Assembly: GCA_965246885.1 (NCBI GenBank)
Contig: OZ251992.1
Location: 2,848,001 to 2,912,000 of the forward strand
Reading direction: 5' to 3'
From: Abditibacterium sp.
GTDB lineage: Bacteria; Armatimonadota; Abditibacteriia; Abditibacteriales; Abditibacteriaceae
DNA: 64,000 bases
Part shown: in pieces, positions 37,308-47,319 of the stretch
Layout of the letters: each line of letters begins with the position of its first letter
Position numbering within the stretch: the stretch's first letter is position 1
Position numbers and translations under genes: made by a program
Notes under the pieces: generated by a model
Database searches by the model: none
Told to the model about the DNA's origin: nothing
The model's input: the letters and a program-made list of their open reading frames with translations, nothing else

Positions 37308-39374
37308 TTAGAAAGTCGGGCCGATGGCGAAGTGCGTCACGCTGCCGCCGCTTTTGCCAAAGCCGACATCCAAGCGCACCGGGCCAATCGGGGTGTTCAA
37401 GCGCACGCCAAATCCTGCGCTGTAAAGCAACTTCGCGCTGCTACTGTTGGTGAACGTGCCGCCAAAAGCCGAACCCGCGTCGGAGAACAAGACGCCTTGG
37501 ATTTGGCGGTTGAAGCGGTAGCGCAACTCCAAGTTGCCGAAGTATTGGTTGTCGCCAAACTGCTCGTCGGTTTGGTAGCCGCGCACTGTGTCGGGGCCAC
37601 CGATGAAGTACTGCTCGAAGGCGGGTAGTTGGTTGAGGCTGCGGCCCAACACGACACGGCCCGCGAGGACGACTTTGGGCAGTTCCGTCGCCGATTTGGG
37701 ATGGGACAAAGGAAAGTAGCGGCGCAAGTCCACGTCGAGCTTGGTGAAGGAGTTCGAGCCGCCCGCGAACTTGACCCCTTGTTCGACCGTAATTTGTTCG
37801 CGGCTCCCGCGCGTGGCATCGAGGCGCGAGTCGCGCTTGTCGCGCAAAAAGCCGAACGAGGGCGCGAGGATGGTGCCCGACCCTTGGAACGGCTTGCCGT
37901 TGACCAAGACGGCGCCCGCCGCGCCAGTGACGAGATTGCCCGCCGAGTCGTACTGGCGCAGCTTGGCTTTCTCGTCGCGGATGCCAAAAATGTAGTTGCG
38001 CGTCCTCTCGTTGTCTATGGGCAACACAAAGTTGATTCGCCCGCCGGTGCGCTGCTCTTGGAAAGAGTTGCTGATGTTGGTGGTGTTGGTGCTTTGGAAG
38101 ATGCGCGGCTCGCGGTAGATGGAGCGCGAATAAATGGAAGCGTCGTAGGAAGCGTTCTTCGGGCCGACAAAGGGGTTGCCGTAGGAAAGTTCGTAGTTGC
38201 GTTGCGAGCCGGTTTCGACCGAAGCGGCGATGCGCGTGCCATGCCCGCGAAAGTTGTTATCGCCGATATTGACGAAGCCCGACACCTTGGAGCGCGAATC
38301 GAAGCCAAGGCCGCCCCCCAACTGTCCAGTGCGCTTTTCTTTGAGCAAGAAGGTGGCAATGACGCCGCCGGGTGTGTTGGGGTCGTCGTCTATTTTGAAG
38401 GTCGCGTCCTCGAAAAATGTTGTGTCGTAAAGGCGCGACAAGTCGCGCCTGAGTTTAGCGGCGTCGAACGGGCCGCCGATGGGCGTGACGATGAGCTTGC
38501 GCACCAGCTTCGGGCTGGTCTTTCTGAGGCCCGACAGCTTAACATCGGTTAACTTGGCTTCAAGCAGGGTGAAGGCGATAGTGCCGGAGTCGTCCTGCGC
38601 AGCGTTTTGCACGAGAACGGCAAAGCCTTTGTCGGAGTAAACCTTTTGGATGGCCGCCACGTCCGCCGCGATGGTTTGGCGATTGAGGACGACGCCGACC
38701 TTGGAGGAAAGCGCCTTTTGCAAATCCTCGGACTTGATGACGGTATTACCAAAGAACTTAAACCCCGTTACGACGCGGTTCTCGACGACGATGTAGGTGA
38801 CGACGACCTTTTCGGGGTCGGCGACATCGGGCGCGACTTGGGCTTGGACGGACGCGAAGAAGCCCAACTGGTCAATGCGGGCGCGGTCTAAATCGACTTG
38901 GCGCGACGCGAAGGCCGAAGCGCGCTGGGTGCGCACCTGCGTGAGGATGGTCGCGGCGGGCACGACGCGGTTGCCCACGACACGCACCTCAGTAATCTCG
39001 CGCCCTTCTGCCGCCGCCACATCGCCGATGATAGGCGAAGTATCGCCCGCTCCCGGAGCGGTGACACTGGGCGGCATTTGCGTCCCGTTCACGACTGAGG
39101 AGTTGTCTTGCGCGTCCCCGTTTTTGCCGTTGGGCGATGGGCCAACGGTGGGGCCGGTGGGCAATTGCAAGCCGCGCGGCTTGTCTTCGGGCGCGGCGGC
39201 GGGGGCGTTACGGTTCTCTTTGAGTTGCGCCAAGCGCACGCCATCCGCATGGGCGCACGCCAACGGCGCGCCAAGGGGCAGGGCAAGCAGAGACAAAACG
39301 GCGGATGATGGGCGTGGCGCGCGGCGCGAAGGAAACGAGCGATAGGTGGTGCGGCGAAAGGGTGAAACGTTCAT
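37308..39374 (-). CDS. bamA: BamA/Omp85-family outer membrane assembly factor
   Basis: POTRA repeats; IGGPDTVRGY; GFGVRLNTPIGPVRLD; C-terminal F. Confidence 0.9.
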   Translation of the reverse strand: MNVSPFRRTTYRSFPSRRAPRPSSAVLSLLALPLGAPLACAHADGVRLAQLKENRNAPAAAPEDKPRGLQLPTGPTVGPSPNGKNGDAQDNSSVVNGTQMPPSVTAPGAGDTSPIIGDVAAAEGREITEVRVVGNRVVPAATILTQVRTQRASAFASRQVDLDRARIDQLGFFASVQAQVAPDVADPEKVVVTYIVVENRVVTGFKFFGNTVIKSEDLQKALSSKVGVVLNRQTIAADVAAIQKVYSDKGFAVLVQNAAQDDSGTIAFTLLEAKLTDVKLSGLRKTSPKLVRKLIVTPIGGPFDAAKLRRDLSRLYDTTFFEDATFKIDDDPNTPGGVIATFLLKEKRTGQLGGGLGFDSRSKVSGFVNIGDNNFRGHGTRIAASVETGSQRNYELSYGNPFVGPKNASYDASIYSRSIYREPRIFQSTNTTNISNSFQEQRTGGRINFVLPIDNERTRNYIFGIRDEKAKLRQYDSAGNLVTGAAGAVLVNGKPFQGSGTILAPSFGFLRDKRDSRLDATRGSREQITVEQGVKFAGGSNSFTKLDVDLRRYFPLSHPKSATELPKVVLAGRVVLGRSLNQLPAFEQYFIGGPDTVRGYQTDEQFGDNQYFGNLELRYRFNRQIQGVLFSDAGSAFGGTFTNSSSAKLLYSAGFGVRLNTPIGPVRLDVGFGKSGGSVTHFAIGPTF

Positions 39375-39569
39375 GGATGAGAAGGCGCTTGGGAACGCGC
39401 AACAGGGCGAGGCGCGCGAAATCGCGCGCAGTTTAGCCCAAGGTGCTTCGCCTTCCCGAAAAACACTTCATTCCAAACTCCCGCGATCGGGCGCTTATCC
39501 CGTTGGGAGAGGTTGGACGCCCTTTGTCAGTCCGTTGTTGCGGGGTGAGACGCTTTCCGCCCAAACAAA

Positions 39570-39599
39570 AACGCCCACTTCCCGAAGGAAGGGGGCGTT
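39570..39599 (-). terminator. Intrinsic terminator after the small lipoprotein gene
   Basis: AACGCCC.CTTCC/GGAAG.GGGCGTT hairpin followed by a T run on the minus strand. Confidence 0.7.
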
Positions 39600-39623
39600 A
39601 TAGATTACGGCTTGAGCGCCAAG

Positions 39624-39776
39624 TTATGGCGTAGCGGGGTCGGTCTTGGCCGGTTTGTTGGCCGGGGCAGCCGCGCTGTTGTCTTCTGCGTTGTTACCGC
39701 CGCAGCCGACGAGAACAACCGAGGACAAGATGGCGCCGAGAACGGCGAAGATGGCGATGCGAGACATCCAGTTCAT
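39624..39776 (-). CDS. 50-aa lipoprotein (below the ORF-track cutoff)
   Basis: MNWMSRIAIFAVLGAILSSVVLVGCGGNNAEDNSAAAPANKPAKTDPATP*; lipobox LVGC; AGGAGG RBS; own terminator. Confidence 0.85.
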   Translation of the reverse strand: MNWMSRIAIFAVLGAILSSVVLVGCGGNNAEDNSAAAPANKPAKTDPATP

Positions 39777-39896
39777 TGTGTGTATTAACCTCCTTGCGAA
39801 AGCGTTAGATGCAAAAGCGGGCGCAGTTTAGCGCCGCGCGCGAATTCTGCAAGAACGGAACCGAGATTTCTCTCTCGATTCTTTTCCGGCGAATTT

Positions 39897-42278
39897 CTAA
39901 AAAGAGTGTCCAATTTCAAGGGAAAAGGTGGTGTTCTTGCGCGGGGCTTCGCCCACAGTGAAGTTAGGCTGGTCGGTGGAGACATACGTCGCGCGGCCTG
40001 TCAGCACCAAATTGCGGCGCAAATCATAGGCGAGCGCGAAGCGCCCGACTTGCTGGCGGGAAAAGCCGCGCCCACCCACGACGGCACTCGCTTCGTCTTG
40101 CGAGTTGATGTCGGCGAACTGAATACTGCCAAAAGCAGTGAGCTTGGGCATCAAGCGGAAATAGCCATCGGCGCGCAACGATTCGGCGCCGCCGAAGTTA
40201 GTCGGGAAGCGCGGCGCGATGGGCAAGCCAAGCGGCGCCCCGCGCTGGTAGTAGAAATAGTCAGCGTCGCGCACGCCTTGCAAATAGGCGAGGTACGAAA
40301 TCGAGTTGAGGCGCGAGTATTCCAGCGTCAGGCCCGCGCGCTTGGGGTCGGAGGGCGTGAACAGTTGCACGCCGATGGTGCTCCCGTTGCGGTTTTCGAT
40401 GTTGTTCTTGGCGTTGGTGGCGAGGTCATCGAGCACGATTTCGCCGTAGGTGCGCACGCCGCGCGCAACACCAGTTTCAGCGTAAGCCGAAACGACCGCG
40501 TTGGTGCCGCTTTCGGCGGCGGTGAGCGTGGGACGGTCAATCAAATACAGCGAAACAGGCGTGAAAGCGCCAAAGAAGTCTTTGGCCTTGAAGCCCGACT
40601 TGGGGGCAAGCAGGGTGTTGGCGACGCCCACGCGCGTGGTGTTGCCGATCTTCACGCTCAAGTTTTGGCCGTAAAGCGAACGCTGGCCGCCCACAGGCCC
40701 GCGACCCAAGCGCGCGTACAAACTCTCGAAGCGATACGAGCCGCGCTCGAACTTGGCCGAGAACCCATCCAAGCCGCCCGCCGCGTCGCCCAACAGCGAG
40801 GTGCCAAAACTGCCCACGCCCCAATAATACTCTTTGCGCCCGATGTCGAAACTCAGGCCGCGCACGAACTTTCCGGCGTCGTAGGATAAATACGCTTTGC
40901 GAAACGTGGACTGACTTCCGCCGCCTTGCACTAACTTGGTGCCGGTGTCAACCGAGCCGTAGAAGTTGAGACTGCTACCGACCGTGCCGAACACGTTGAG
41001 ACGCGAGTCAACGCCCGACTTGAGGCGTCCGGCGCCGTATTGCTCCTCGAACGGAAGCAAGGTGTTCGCCTTGACGCCGCCCTCGGCGCGGGCGCGGGTG
41101 AAACCGGACACGCCGACGGAAAACTTGCCGCTTGCGCCCGCCTCATCGAGGCGGCTGTCTTCAACGCCTAATTTTTGCAAGTCGCGCCGGAAGTCGCGCG
41201 TCAAAATCGCCAAGCCCGCCGACGAGCGACCGCGTTCGTCCTCGTCAGCGTTGTCGAGCGCCTCGCGGATAAAGCCCGCGATTTGGGCGCGCGACAGGAT
41301 AATGTCTTCGGCATAGCGATGGCGACGCGCGCCATCGTCTTGAAAGGTGCTGGCAGGCTGCGACTTGATTAGTCCCCGCGCCGCGAGGGACGCCAGCAGT
41401 TCGTAGGTGCGGTCGGCCTTGGGGACGGACGTATTGGAAGCGCCGGTTTCAAACGGAACAGCGACTCCGGTGGACGAACCAACTGCCCCGGTGGACAATT
41501 GACCTGTATGCGCCGACGGTTGACCTGTACGCGCCGACGGTTGGCCTGTACGCGCCGACGGTTGGCCTGTACGCGCCGACGATCCATTTATGTCGGTGAG
41601 CGCCGTAACTACATCGGCGGTTGAAAGAACTGTACCGCTCTCCGAGTAAACGAGGTTGCCCGTCGCGCGATTTGCCTCCACAATGCCGAGCTTGACGAGC
41701 GCCACGATGTCGGCGCCGCGCAGAACGGGAAGCGTTTGGCCCGCTTGCAACCCTTGGGCGCTTCCCGCTCCGACCGAAACGACGGCCCCGTTGATGGCGG
41801 TGATGGGCACCGTCGCGCCGCCCGATGCAACGGGCGCGGGCGCTAACATTTCAGGAGTCCGCGTGTCGGTCGGGTTTGTCGCAGTGCTGTCCAATGGCCC
41901 CGATGGAGCGGGCACTGTTGGCGCGGGCGGCAGGGCTTCGACATCCACAAAGCGCACGGTTTCGCCCAACACGGTCGCGCCCGGAGCGAGCGAGATCACG
42001 CGGCAAAGGGAGTCGTCCGTCCGCACTTGGATGATTTGCGCGCGCAACACTTCGGCGCCGTTTTGCGAAAGCGCGTAAATCGTCCCGATGATGGCGCCGT
42101 CCTTTTGCCCGATGGCAAGGGTGGCGCTTTGCGCGCTGATTTGTGAAACGACCGCAGTTTTGGGCGCCGTTGCCGCTTCTTGCGCGCGCACGGCGCAAAC
42201 CAACGGGGGCGCCGCAACGAGTAATGGCAGCGTTAGTAAGAAGGGCAGGAAGCGCCGCGAGGAACAATGGAAGGTCAT
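39897..42278 (-). CDS. Outer-membrane beta-barrel protein with internal SLH-like domain (OmpM/SlpA- or Wzi-like)
   Basis: Signal peptide; YELLASLAARGLI...LSRAQIA...LTRDFRRDLQKLGV; amphipathic beta strands; C-terminal F. Confidence 0.8.
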   Translation of the reverse strand: MTFHCSSRRFLPFLLTLPLLVAAPPLVCAVRAQEAATAPKTAVVSQISAQSATLAIGQKDGAIIGTIYALSQNGAEVLRAQIIQVRTDDSLCRVISLAPGATVLGETVRFVDVEALPPAPTVPAPSGPLDSTATNPTDTRTPEMLAPAPVASGGATVPITAINGAVVSVGAGSAQGLQAGQTLPVLRGADIVALVKLGIVEANRATGNLVYSESGTVLSTADVVTALTDINGSSARTGQPSARTGQPSARTGQPSAHTGQLSTGAVGSSTGVAVPFETGASNTSVPKADRTYELLASLAARGLIKSQPASTFQDDGARRHRYAEDIILSRAQIAGFIREALDNADEDERGRSSAGLAILTRDFRRDLQKLGVEDSRLDEAGASGKFSVGVSGFTRARAEGGVKANTLLPFEEQYGAGRLKSGVDSRLNVFGTVGSSLNFYGSVDTGTKLVQGGGSQSTFRKAYLSYDAGKFVRGLSFDIGRKEYYWGVGSFGTSLLGDAAGGLDGFSAKFERGSYRFESLYARLGRGPVGGQRSLYGQNLSVKIGNTTRVGVANTLLAPKSGFKAKDFFGAFTPVSLYLIDRPTLTAAESGTNAVVSAYAETGVARGVRTYGEIVLDDLATNAKNNIENRNGSTIGVQLFTPSDPKRAGLTLEYSRLNSISYLAYLQGVRDADYFYYQRGAPLGLPIAPRFPTNFGGAESLRADGYFRLMPKLTAFGSIQFADINSQDEASAVVGGRGFSRQQVGRFALAYDLRRNLVLTGRATYVSTDQPNFTVGEAPRKNTTFSLEIGHSF
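41495..41582. repeat. 21-bp in-frame tandem repeat in the OMP linker
   Basis: TTGRCCTGTAYGCGCCGACGG about x4; protein (SARTGQP)n. Confidence 0.93.
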
Positions 42279-42385
42279 AGGTGGACAAAGAGGCGTTTCT
42301 CGGATGGCTTTCCGAAACGCAAATTCGCGCGCGAGTTTGGCAAAACGGGCGGGTGTCGGCAAAACCGGTGTTTGTTTCAGCACTT

Positions 42386-42736
42386 TTAGGCGCTGGCCGC
42401 ATCCACTTCCACTTCCAACGCCCGGTATTCATCCAATAACTCCCAAAACAGCGCGAGCGCCGCCGCTTCGTCGCCGTCCGTGTGCTTCAAAATCGTGTGC
42501 GAGTAACCCCAATTGGCATTGCCGTAACCCAGCTTGCGCGTTACCCATGCATGAAAAGACGGCAACTCACGCGAGTGTTCGCGCCAAAGCCCAACGCGCT
42601 CGACTTCAATGTTGTGAACGGCGAGAGCCACATCGAAGCCCGTAAAAAAGTGCTGTAAGCCCGTGAGCGTCGGCACGCCCAAATACATTCCGGGTTTTGC
42701 GCGCAGGGTTTCGAGAAGTTCGTCTGTTTTCGACAC
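42386..42736 (-). CDS. Hypothetical protein
   Basis: 116-aa ORF, LRAKPGMYLG...L..FFTGF...FWELLDEY. Confidence 0.75.
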   Translation of the reverse strand: MSKTDELLETLRAKPGMYLGVPTLTGLQHFFTGFDVALAVHNIEVERVGLWREHSRELPSFHAWVTRKLGYGNANWGYSHTILKHTDGDEAAALALFWELLDEYRALEVEVDAASA

Positions 42737-42774
42737 GCCGAGGGGTCTACCACAACGCCGTCAAACTTCCTCTC

Positions 42775-43308
42775 ATGTCACCCCGTCTCCAAGCCGACGC
42801 TTGCGCGCTTCTCATCGTGGATGTTCAGACCCGCCTGTTGCCCGAAATGTGGGAAGCGCAGCGCATCGAGCGCAACATCGGGATGCTCGCGCGCATGGCG
42901 CGGCGGCTTGCGATTCCGGTCGTCGTGTCGGAGCAGAACCCCGACAAATTGGGGCACACAGTCGCGTCCTTGGCGGACGCGATAGGGGAGTTTACGGCGC
43001 TCGCCAAGATGAAATTTTCAGCGTTCGAGGCAGTTGAGGCGCAACTGGAGCGGCCTCAGGTGCTGCTGTGCGGCTTAGAAGCGCATATCTGCGTCAGTCA
43101 GACCGCGCTTGATTTGCTCGATGCGGGCAAGACCGTCTTCGCGGTTTACGATGCCATCTCGTCGCGGCAGGACTGGAACCGCGCGGTGGGGTGGCAACGG
43201 ATGATGGGCGCGGGCGCGCTTCCGACTTCGACGGAAGCGGCGCTTTATGAGTTGGTCGGCGAAGCCGGAAACGACGACTTCCGCGCGCTGCTTGCGCTCG
43301 TGAAGTAG
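42775..43308 (+). CDS. Isochorismatase-family hydrolase
   Basis: LLIVDVQ, SEQNP, KMKFSA, GLEAHICVSQT. Confidence 0.92.
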   Translation: MSPRLQADACALLIVDVQTRLLPEMWEAQRIERNIGMLARMARRLAIPVVVSEQNPDKLGHTVASLADAIGEFTALAKMKFSAFEAVEAQLERPQVLLCGLEAHICVSQTALDLLDAGKTVFAVYDAISSRQDWNRAVGWQRMMGAGALPTSTEAALYELVGEAGNDDFRALLALVK

Positions 43309-43398
43309 ATTCTCTTCTTCTCATCGCAAGCGGGCGCGCGGGTGGAACCATCCGAAAATCTTTGCACCCGTCCGAGGCCGCTTGCGGTCACTTCTTCC

Positions 43399-45033
43399 AT
43401 GACACCACTTCTGCCCCTTGACCTGTCGCGCCTACCAGTGCGCGATTTCGATTTTCTAATTGTCGGCTCCGGCGTCGCGGGGCTGTCGTGCGCTTTGGAG
43501 TTGTCCGAGCATGGCAGCGTGGCCGTCCTCACCAAGGAGGATATAAAGAACGGCTCGACGCAGTGGGCGCAGGGCGGCATCGCGGCGGTTTTAGCGCCTG
43601 AACCGCTCGATTCGCCCGCGATGCACCAAGCGGACACTGAGTTCGCGGGCGCGGGATTGAGCGATCCGGGCGCCGTGTCCGTCTTGGTCAGCGAAGGGCC
43701 AAAGCGTATCCGAGAGTTGATTGCGCGCGGGGCGCACTTCGATACGGAGCCGTCGGGCGAGTTGAAACTGACGCGCGAAGCCGCGCACGGCGCGCGGCGC
43801 ATCGTGCATGCGCAAGGCGACTCGACGGGGCGCGAAGTGCAGCGCTCCCTGTCCCAGTTGGCGTTCGACGACCCGCAGATTTCGGTCTTGGAGAACCATC
43901 TCACGGTGGACTTTTGGATACAGGACGGGCGCTGCTGCGGGGCTGTCGCGCTCGATGAACGGGGCAAGCCGACGCTCTTTCGCGCGCGCGCGACCATTGC
44001 CGCGACCGGGGGCATCGGCGCGCTGTATAAAGTGACGACTAACCCGCCCGTGTTGACGGGCGACGGGATGGCGATGGCGTTTCGCGCGGGCGCTGGGCTG
44101 ATGGACATGGAGTTCGTGCAATTCCACCCGACAGCCTTCGCGCTTGGCCCGTCCAACCCGAAGTTCCTCATCAGCGAGGCGGTGCGCGGCGAGGGCGCGC
44201 TGCTGATTAACGCGCGGGGCGAGCGCTTCATGCCGCGCTATCACGAGTTAGCAGAACTGGCGCCGCGCGATGTCGTGGCCCGCGCCATAGCGAGCGAGAT
44301 TCTGGACGGCGAGGCCGATTGCGTGTTTTTGGACTTGCGCGCCCAGACTGCGCAGGAGATAGCCGCACGCTTCCCGACCATTTATTCGACATGCGTGTCG
44401 TATGGCATTGACCCCGCGACGCAGCCCATCCCCGTTTCCCCGGCGGAGCACTACATGATGGGCGGCATCCGCACCGATATGGACGGCGCCACGAACGTTC
44501 CGGGGTTGCTGGCGTGCGGCGAGTGCGCTTGCACCGGTGTGCACGGCGCGAACCGGCTGGCGTCCAACTCGATGCTCGAAGGTCTCGTCTTTGGCATCCG
44601 CACCGTGAGCGCGGCCATCCGCAACCTCAGCCAAAGCGCCGCCCTGCCCACCCCGGCCAAGACCGAACAGCCCACACCCTTGGGGGCCGACTTCGAGAGG
44701 GAAACCCTCCAAGCCGCGCGCGAGCAACTGCAAGAGGCGATGTGGAAAGGCGTGGGCTTGGTGCGCGACGAAGCGGGGCTGTCTAAAACCCTGCGCCTCT
44801 TGAACGAACTCTACGCCCGCTTTGGGCACCCCGCCCTCAACCGCGACGCCATCGAACTGGCCAACACCATCGAGTGCGCGTGGCTCGTCATCCGCGCCGC
44901 CCTCGCGCGCAAGGAAAGCCGGGGCGCCCACTTCCGCCGCGATTACCCGGCTTTGGACGAGGCATGGCGGCACCATCTTCTATTGAGCGGCGAGCGGGAC
45001 GACCTAAAAGTAACGGCGGTGGAGGTGAAGTGA
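43399..45033 (+). CDS. nadB: L-aspartate oxidase
   Basis: IVGSGVAG, WAQGGIA, EFVQFHPT, ISEAVRGEG, ELAPRDVVAR, GVHGANRLASNS, ESRGAH. Confidence 0.97.
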   Translation: MTPLLPLDLSRLPVRDFDFLIVGSGVAGLSCALELSEHGSVAVLTKEDIKNGSTQWAQGGIAAVLAPEPLDSPAMHQADTEFAGAGLSDPGAVSVLVSEGPKRIRELIARGAHFDTEPSGELKLTREAAHGARRIVHAQGDSTGREVQRSLSQLAFDDPQISVLENHLTVDFWIQDGRCCGAVALDERGKPTLFRARATIAATGGIGALYKVTTNPPVLTGDGMAMAFRAGAGLMDMEFVQFHPTAFALGPSNPKFLISEAVRGEGALLINARGERFMPRYHELAELAPRDVVARAIASEILDGEADCVFLDLRAQTAQEIAARFPTIYSTCVSYGIDPATQPIPVSPAEHYMMGGIRTDMDGATNVPGLLACGECACTGVHGANRLASNSMLEGLVFGIRTVSAAIRNLSQSAALPTPAKTEQPTPLGADFERETLQAAREQLQEAMWKGVGLVRDEAGLSKTLRLLNELYARFGHPALNRDAIELANTIECAWLVIRAALARKESRGAHFRRDYPALDEAWRHHLLLSGERDDLKVTAVEVK

Positions 45034-45314
45034 AACGGTTTCTATCGCGGGTCGTGAACGGTTGGACGGGCGCTTTAGTGGGCGCCCTTTTTAGCCGCGT
45101 GATGATCTGGTGGACATGGATGGGCGGAGAATACGGCGAGGGAGGCGAGCCATTCAGCAGCCAACTCCGCGTCTTCTGGCGGTTTGAAAGTTGGCTGTTG
45201 CCCGCAAGCGCGGCAATCATTGGCATCTGCGCTCTCCTTTTCCGCTACGTTGGCGTTTGCTTGCGCTCACCCGAAGAGAACCAACGCGAGCCGCCGCCCA
45301 TCGCCGCGCCGTGA
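45030..45314 (+). CDS. Small membrane protein
   Basis: GTG start overlaps the nadB stop; two hydrophobic segments. Confidence 0.6.
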   Translation: MKRFLSRVVNGWTGALVGALFSRVMIWWTWMGGEYGEGGEPFSSQLRVFWRFESWLLPASAAIIGICALLFRYVGVCLRSPEENQREPPPIAAP

Positions 45315-45336
45315 GAGGCATACACTGAGGGGCACG

Positions 45337-45915
45337 ATGACATCTGTTGTAACCCTGCTGGAGCGCCGCAAAACGTGGACGGTCGAGGAGATCGAGCGGC
45401 TGACGGACTTGGGCGCGTTCGGCGACGCGAAGTTCGAGCTAATCGAAGGGGACTTAATTGAAACCATGCCGCAAAACCAACCGCACTTCAACGCCCTTTT
45501 GCTGATGCAATACAAGCTGCTTTCTTTGTTTGGCCAAGGCTTTTTGGTAATGGCGCAACTGCCGATACAAACCGCCAACTCCAAGCCCGAACCTGACCTG
45601 TGCGTGGTCGAGGGCGTGCCGCGCGGTCGCATCGAAATCCCGACGACCGCTCTGCTTGTCGTCGAAGTCGCCGACACGACGCTGGCGGGCGACCGCGACG
45701 TGAAATCCCACCTCTACGCCCGCGCGCTGGTGCCGGAGTATTGGATTGTTAATCTGAACGCGCGCCAAATCGAGGTGCGGCGCGACCCGCGCGCGGACGA
45801 ATCGGCGCCCCTTGGTTGGACGTATGGCGCGTTGCAAACCCTTGACGCGACGGACTCCATCGCGGCTTTGGCGCGGCCCGATGCGCCGTTTGCCGTCGCC
45901 GACGTGCTGCCTTAA
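45337..45915 (+). CDS. Uma2 (DUF820) family endonuclease-like protein
   Basis: ELIEG, PEPDLCV, LVVEVAD, K..LYARA.VPEYWIVNL. Confidence 0.92.
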   Translation: MTSVVTLLERRKTWTVEEIERLTDLGAFGDAKFELIEGDLIETMPQNQPHFNALLLMQYKLLSLFGQGFLVMAQLPIQTANSKPEPDLCVVEGVPRGRIEIPTTALLVVEVADTTLAGDRDVKSHLYARALVPEYWIVNLNARQIEVRRDPRADESAPLGWTYGALQTLDATDSIAALARPDAPFAVADVLP

Positions 45916-45984
45916 CGCACCTTTTCGGAAACCGTAAACCGCCAAAGGGGAGCCGCGTTGTAAAATTCCCTCGTCCCAAACACT

Positions 45985-47259
45985 ATGTCCACTACCGTAT
46001 CCGTCCAACACGACGTAAAAGACCTGAGCCTCGCTGACCAAGGGCGCGACGCCATCGAATGGGCCGACAAGCAAATGCCCGTCCTCGCGCTTATCCGCGA
46101 GCGCTTCGAGCGCGAAAAGCCGCTCGCGGGCGTCACGCTCGCCGCTTGCTTGCACGTCACGACCGAGACCGCCGGACTGATGCGCACCCTCAAAGCGGGC
46201 GGCGCCGAGGTTTTCTTGGCCGCGTCCAACCCACTTTCCACGCAGGACACCACCGCCGCCGCGCTCGTGCAGCATTACGGCATCCACACCTTCGCCATTT
46301 GCGGCGAGGGCAACGACTCCTACTATTCGCACATCAAAGCTATTTGCGATGCCAAGCCTCTCATGACGATGGACGATGGCGCCGACGTTGTTTCGTATCT
46401 CCACAAAGAGCGCCAAGACGTGCTTGAAGGCATCATCGGCGGCACCGAGGAAACCACGACCGGCGTCATTCGCTTGCGCGCGATGGAAGCGGACAATGTG
46501 CTCAAATACCCCATCGTGGCCGTCAACGACGCTTCGACCAAGCACCTCTTCGACAACCGCTACGGCACCGGCCAATCGGTGATGGACGCCATCATGCGCG
46601 CCACCAACCTGCTCATTGCGGGCAAAGTCTTCGTCGTCGCGGGCTACGGCTGGTGCGGCAAGGGTGTCGCGTCGCGCGCGGCGGGCTTAGGCGCGAGCGT
46701 GATTGTCACCGAAGTCAACCCCATCGCCGCCCTCGAAGCGGTCATGGACGGCTTCCGCGTGATGACGATGATGGAAGCCGCGCCCTTGGCCGACATCGTA
46801 GTCACCGTGACCGGCGACACGACAGTGGTTTCGGGCGAAGTCTTTGGCGCCCTGAAAGACGGGGCGATTGTTGCCAACGCAGGCCACTTCAACGTTGAAC
46901 TCGACCTGACGGCGCTCGAAGCGCAAACCACCGCGCGCAAGCTCATTCGCGGCTTTATCGAGGAATTCAAACTGCGCAACGGGCGCGCGGTGTATATTCT
47001 GGGCGAGGGCCGCTTGGTCAACCTCGCTGCCGCCGAAGGGCACCCGCCCGCCGTGATGGACATGAGTTTCGCCAATCAAGCCTTGTGCGCCGAATACATG
47101 ATGCATAACGCCAAGACGCTCGAAAAGAAGGTCTACTCGGTGCCCCTGCCCATTGACCAAGAGATTGCGCGTTTGAAACTGGTCTCGATGGGCGTTTCGA
47201 TTGACAAGCTAACCGCCAAGCAAGAGAAGTATCTGGCCTCGTGGGAAGAAGGGACGTGA
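45985..47259 (+). CDS. ahcY: Adenosylhomocysteinase
   Basis: [55 protein letters not shown]. Confidence 0.98.
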   Translation: MSTTVSVQHDVKDLSLADQGRDAIEWADKQMPVLALIRERFEREKPLAGVTLAACLHVTTETAGLMRTLKAGGAEVFLAASNPLSTQDTTAAALVQHYGIHTFAICGEGNDSYYSHIKAICDAKPLMTMDDGADVVSYLHKERQDVLEGIIGGTEETTTGVIRLRAMEADNVLKYPIVAVNDASTKHLFDNRYGTGQSVMDAIMRATNLLIAGKVFVVAGYGWCGKGVASRAAGLGASVIVTEVNPIAALEAVMDGFRVMTMMEAAPLADIVVTVTGDTTVVSGEVFGALKDGAIVANAGHFNVELDLTALEAQTTARKLIRGFIEEFKLRNGRAVYILGEGRLVNLAAAEGHPPAVMDMSFANQALCAEYMMHNAKTLEKKVYSVPLPIDQEIARLKLVSMGVSIDKLTAKQEKYLASWEEGT

Positions 47260-47319
47260 GCGACTGGTGCGGGGCAAGCATTGCCCTGTCCCGCATCCCT
47301 TTTCCTACATTGACTTTCC

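Noticed and set aside
42386..42736. Immunity or antitoxin assignment for the 116-aa protein
   Set aside because: No adjacent toxin gene and no motif I can assign with confidence
45916..45984. SAH or SAM riboswitch upstream of ahcY
   Set aside because: Only about 70 nt, and it lacks the GAGGAGCGCUGC...AGGCUCGG core of the SAH riboswitch
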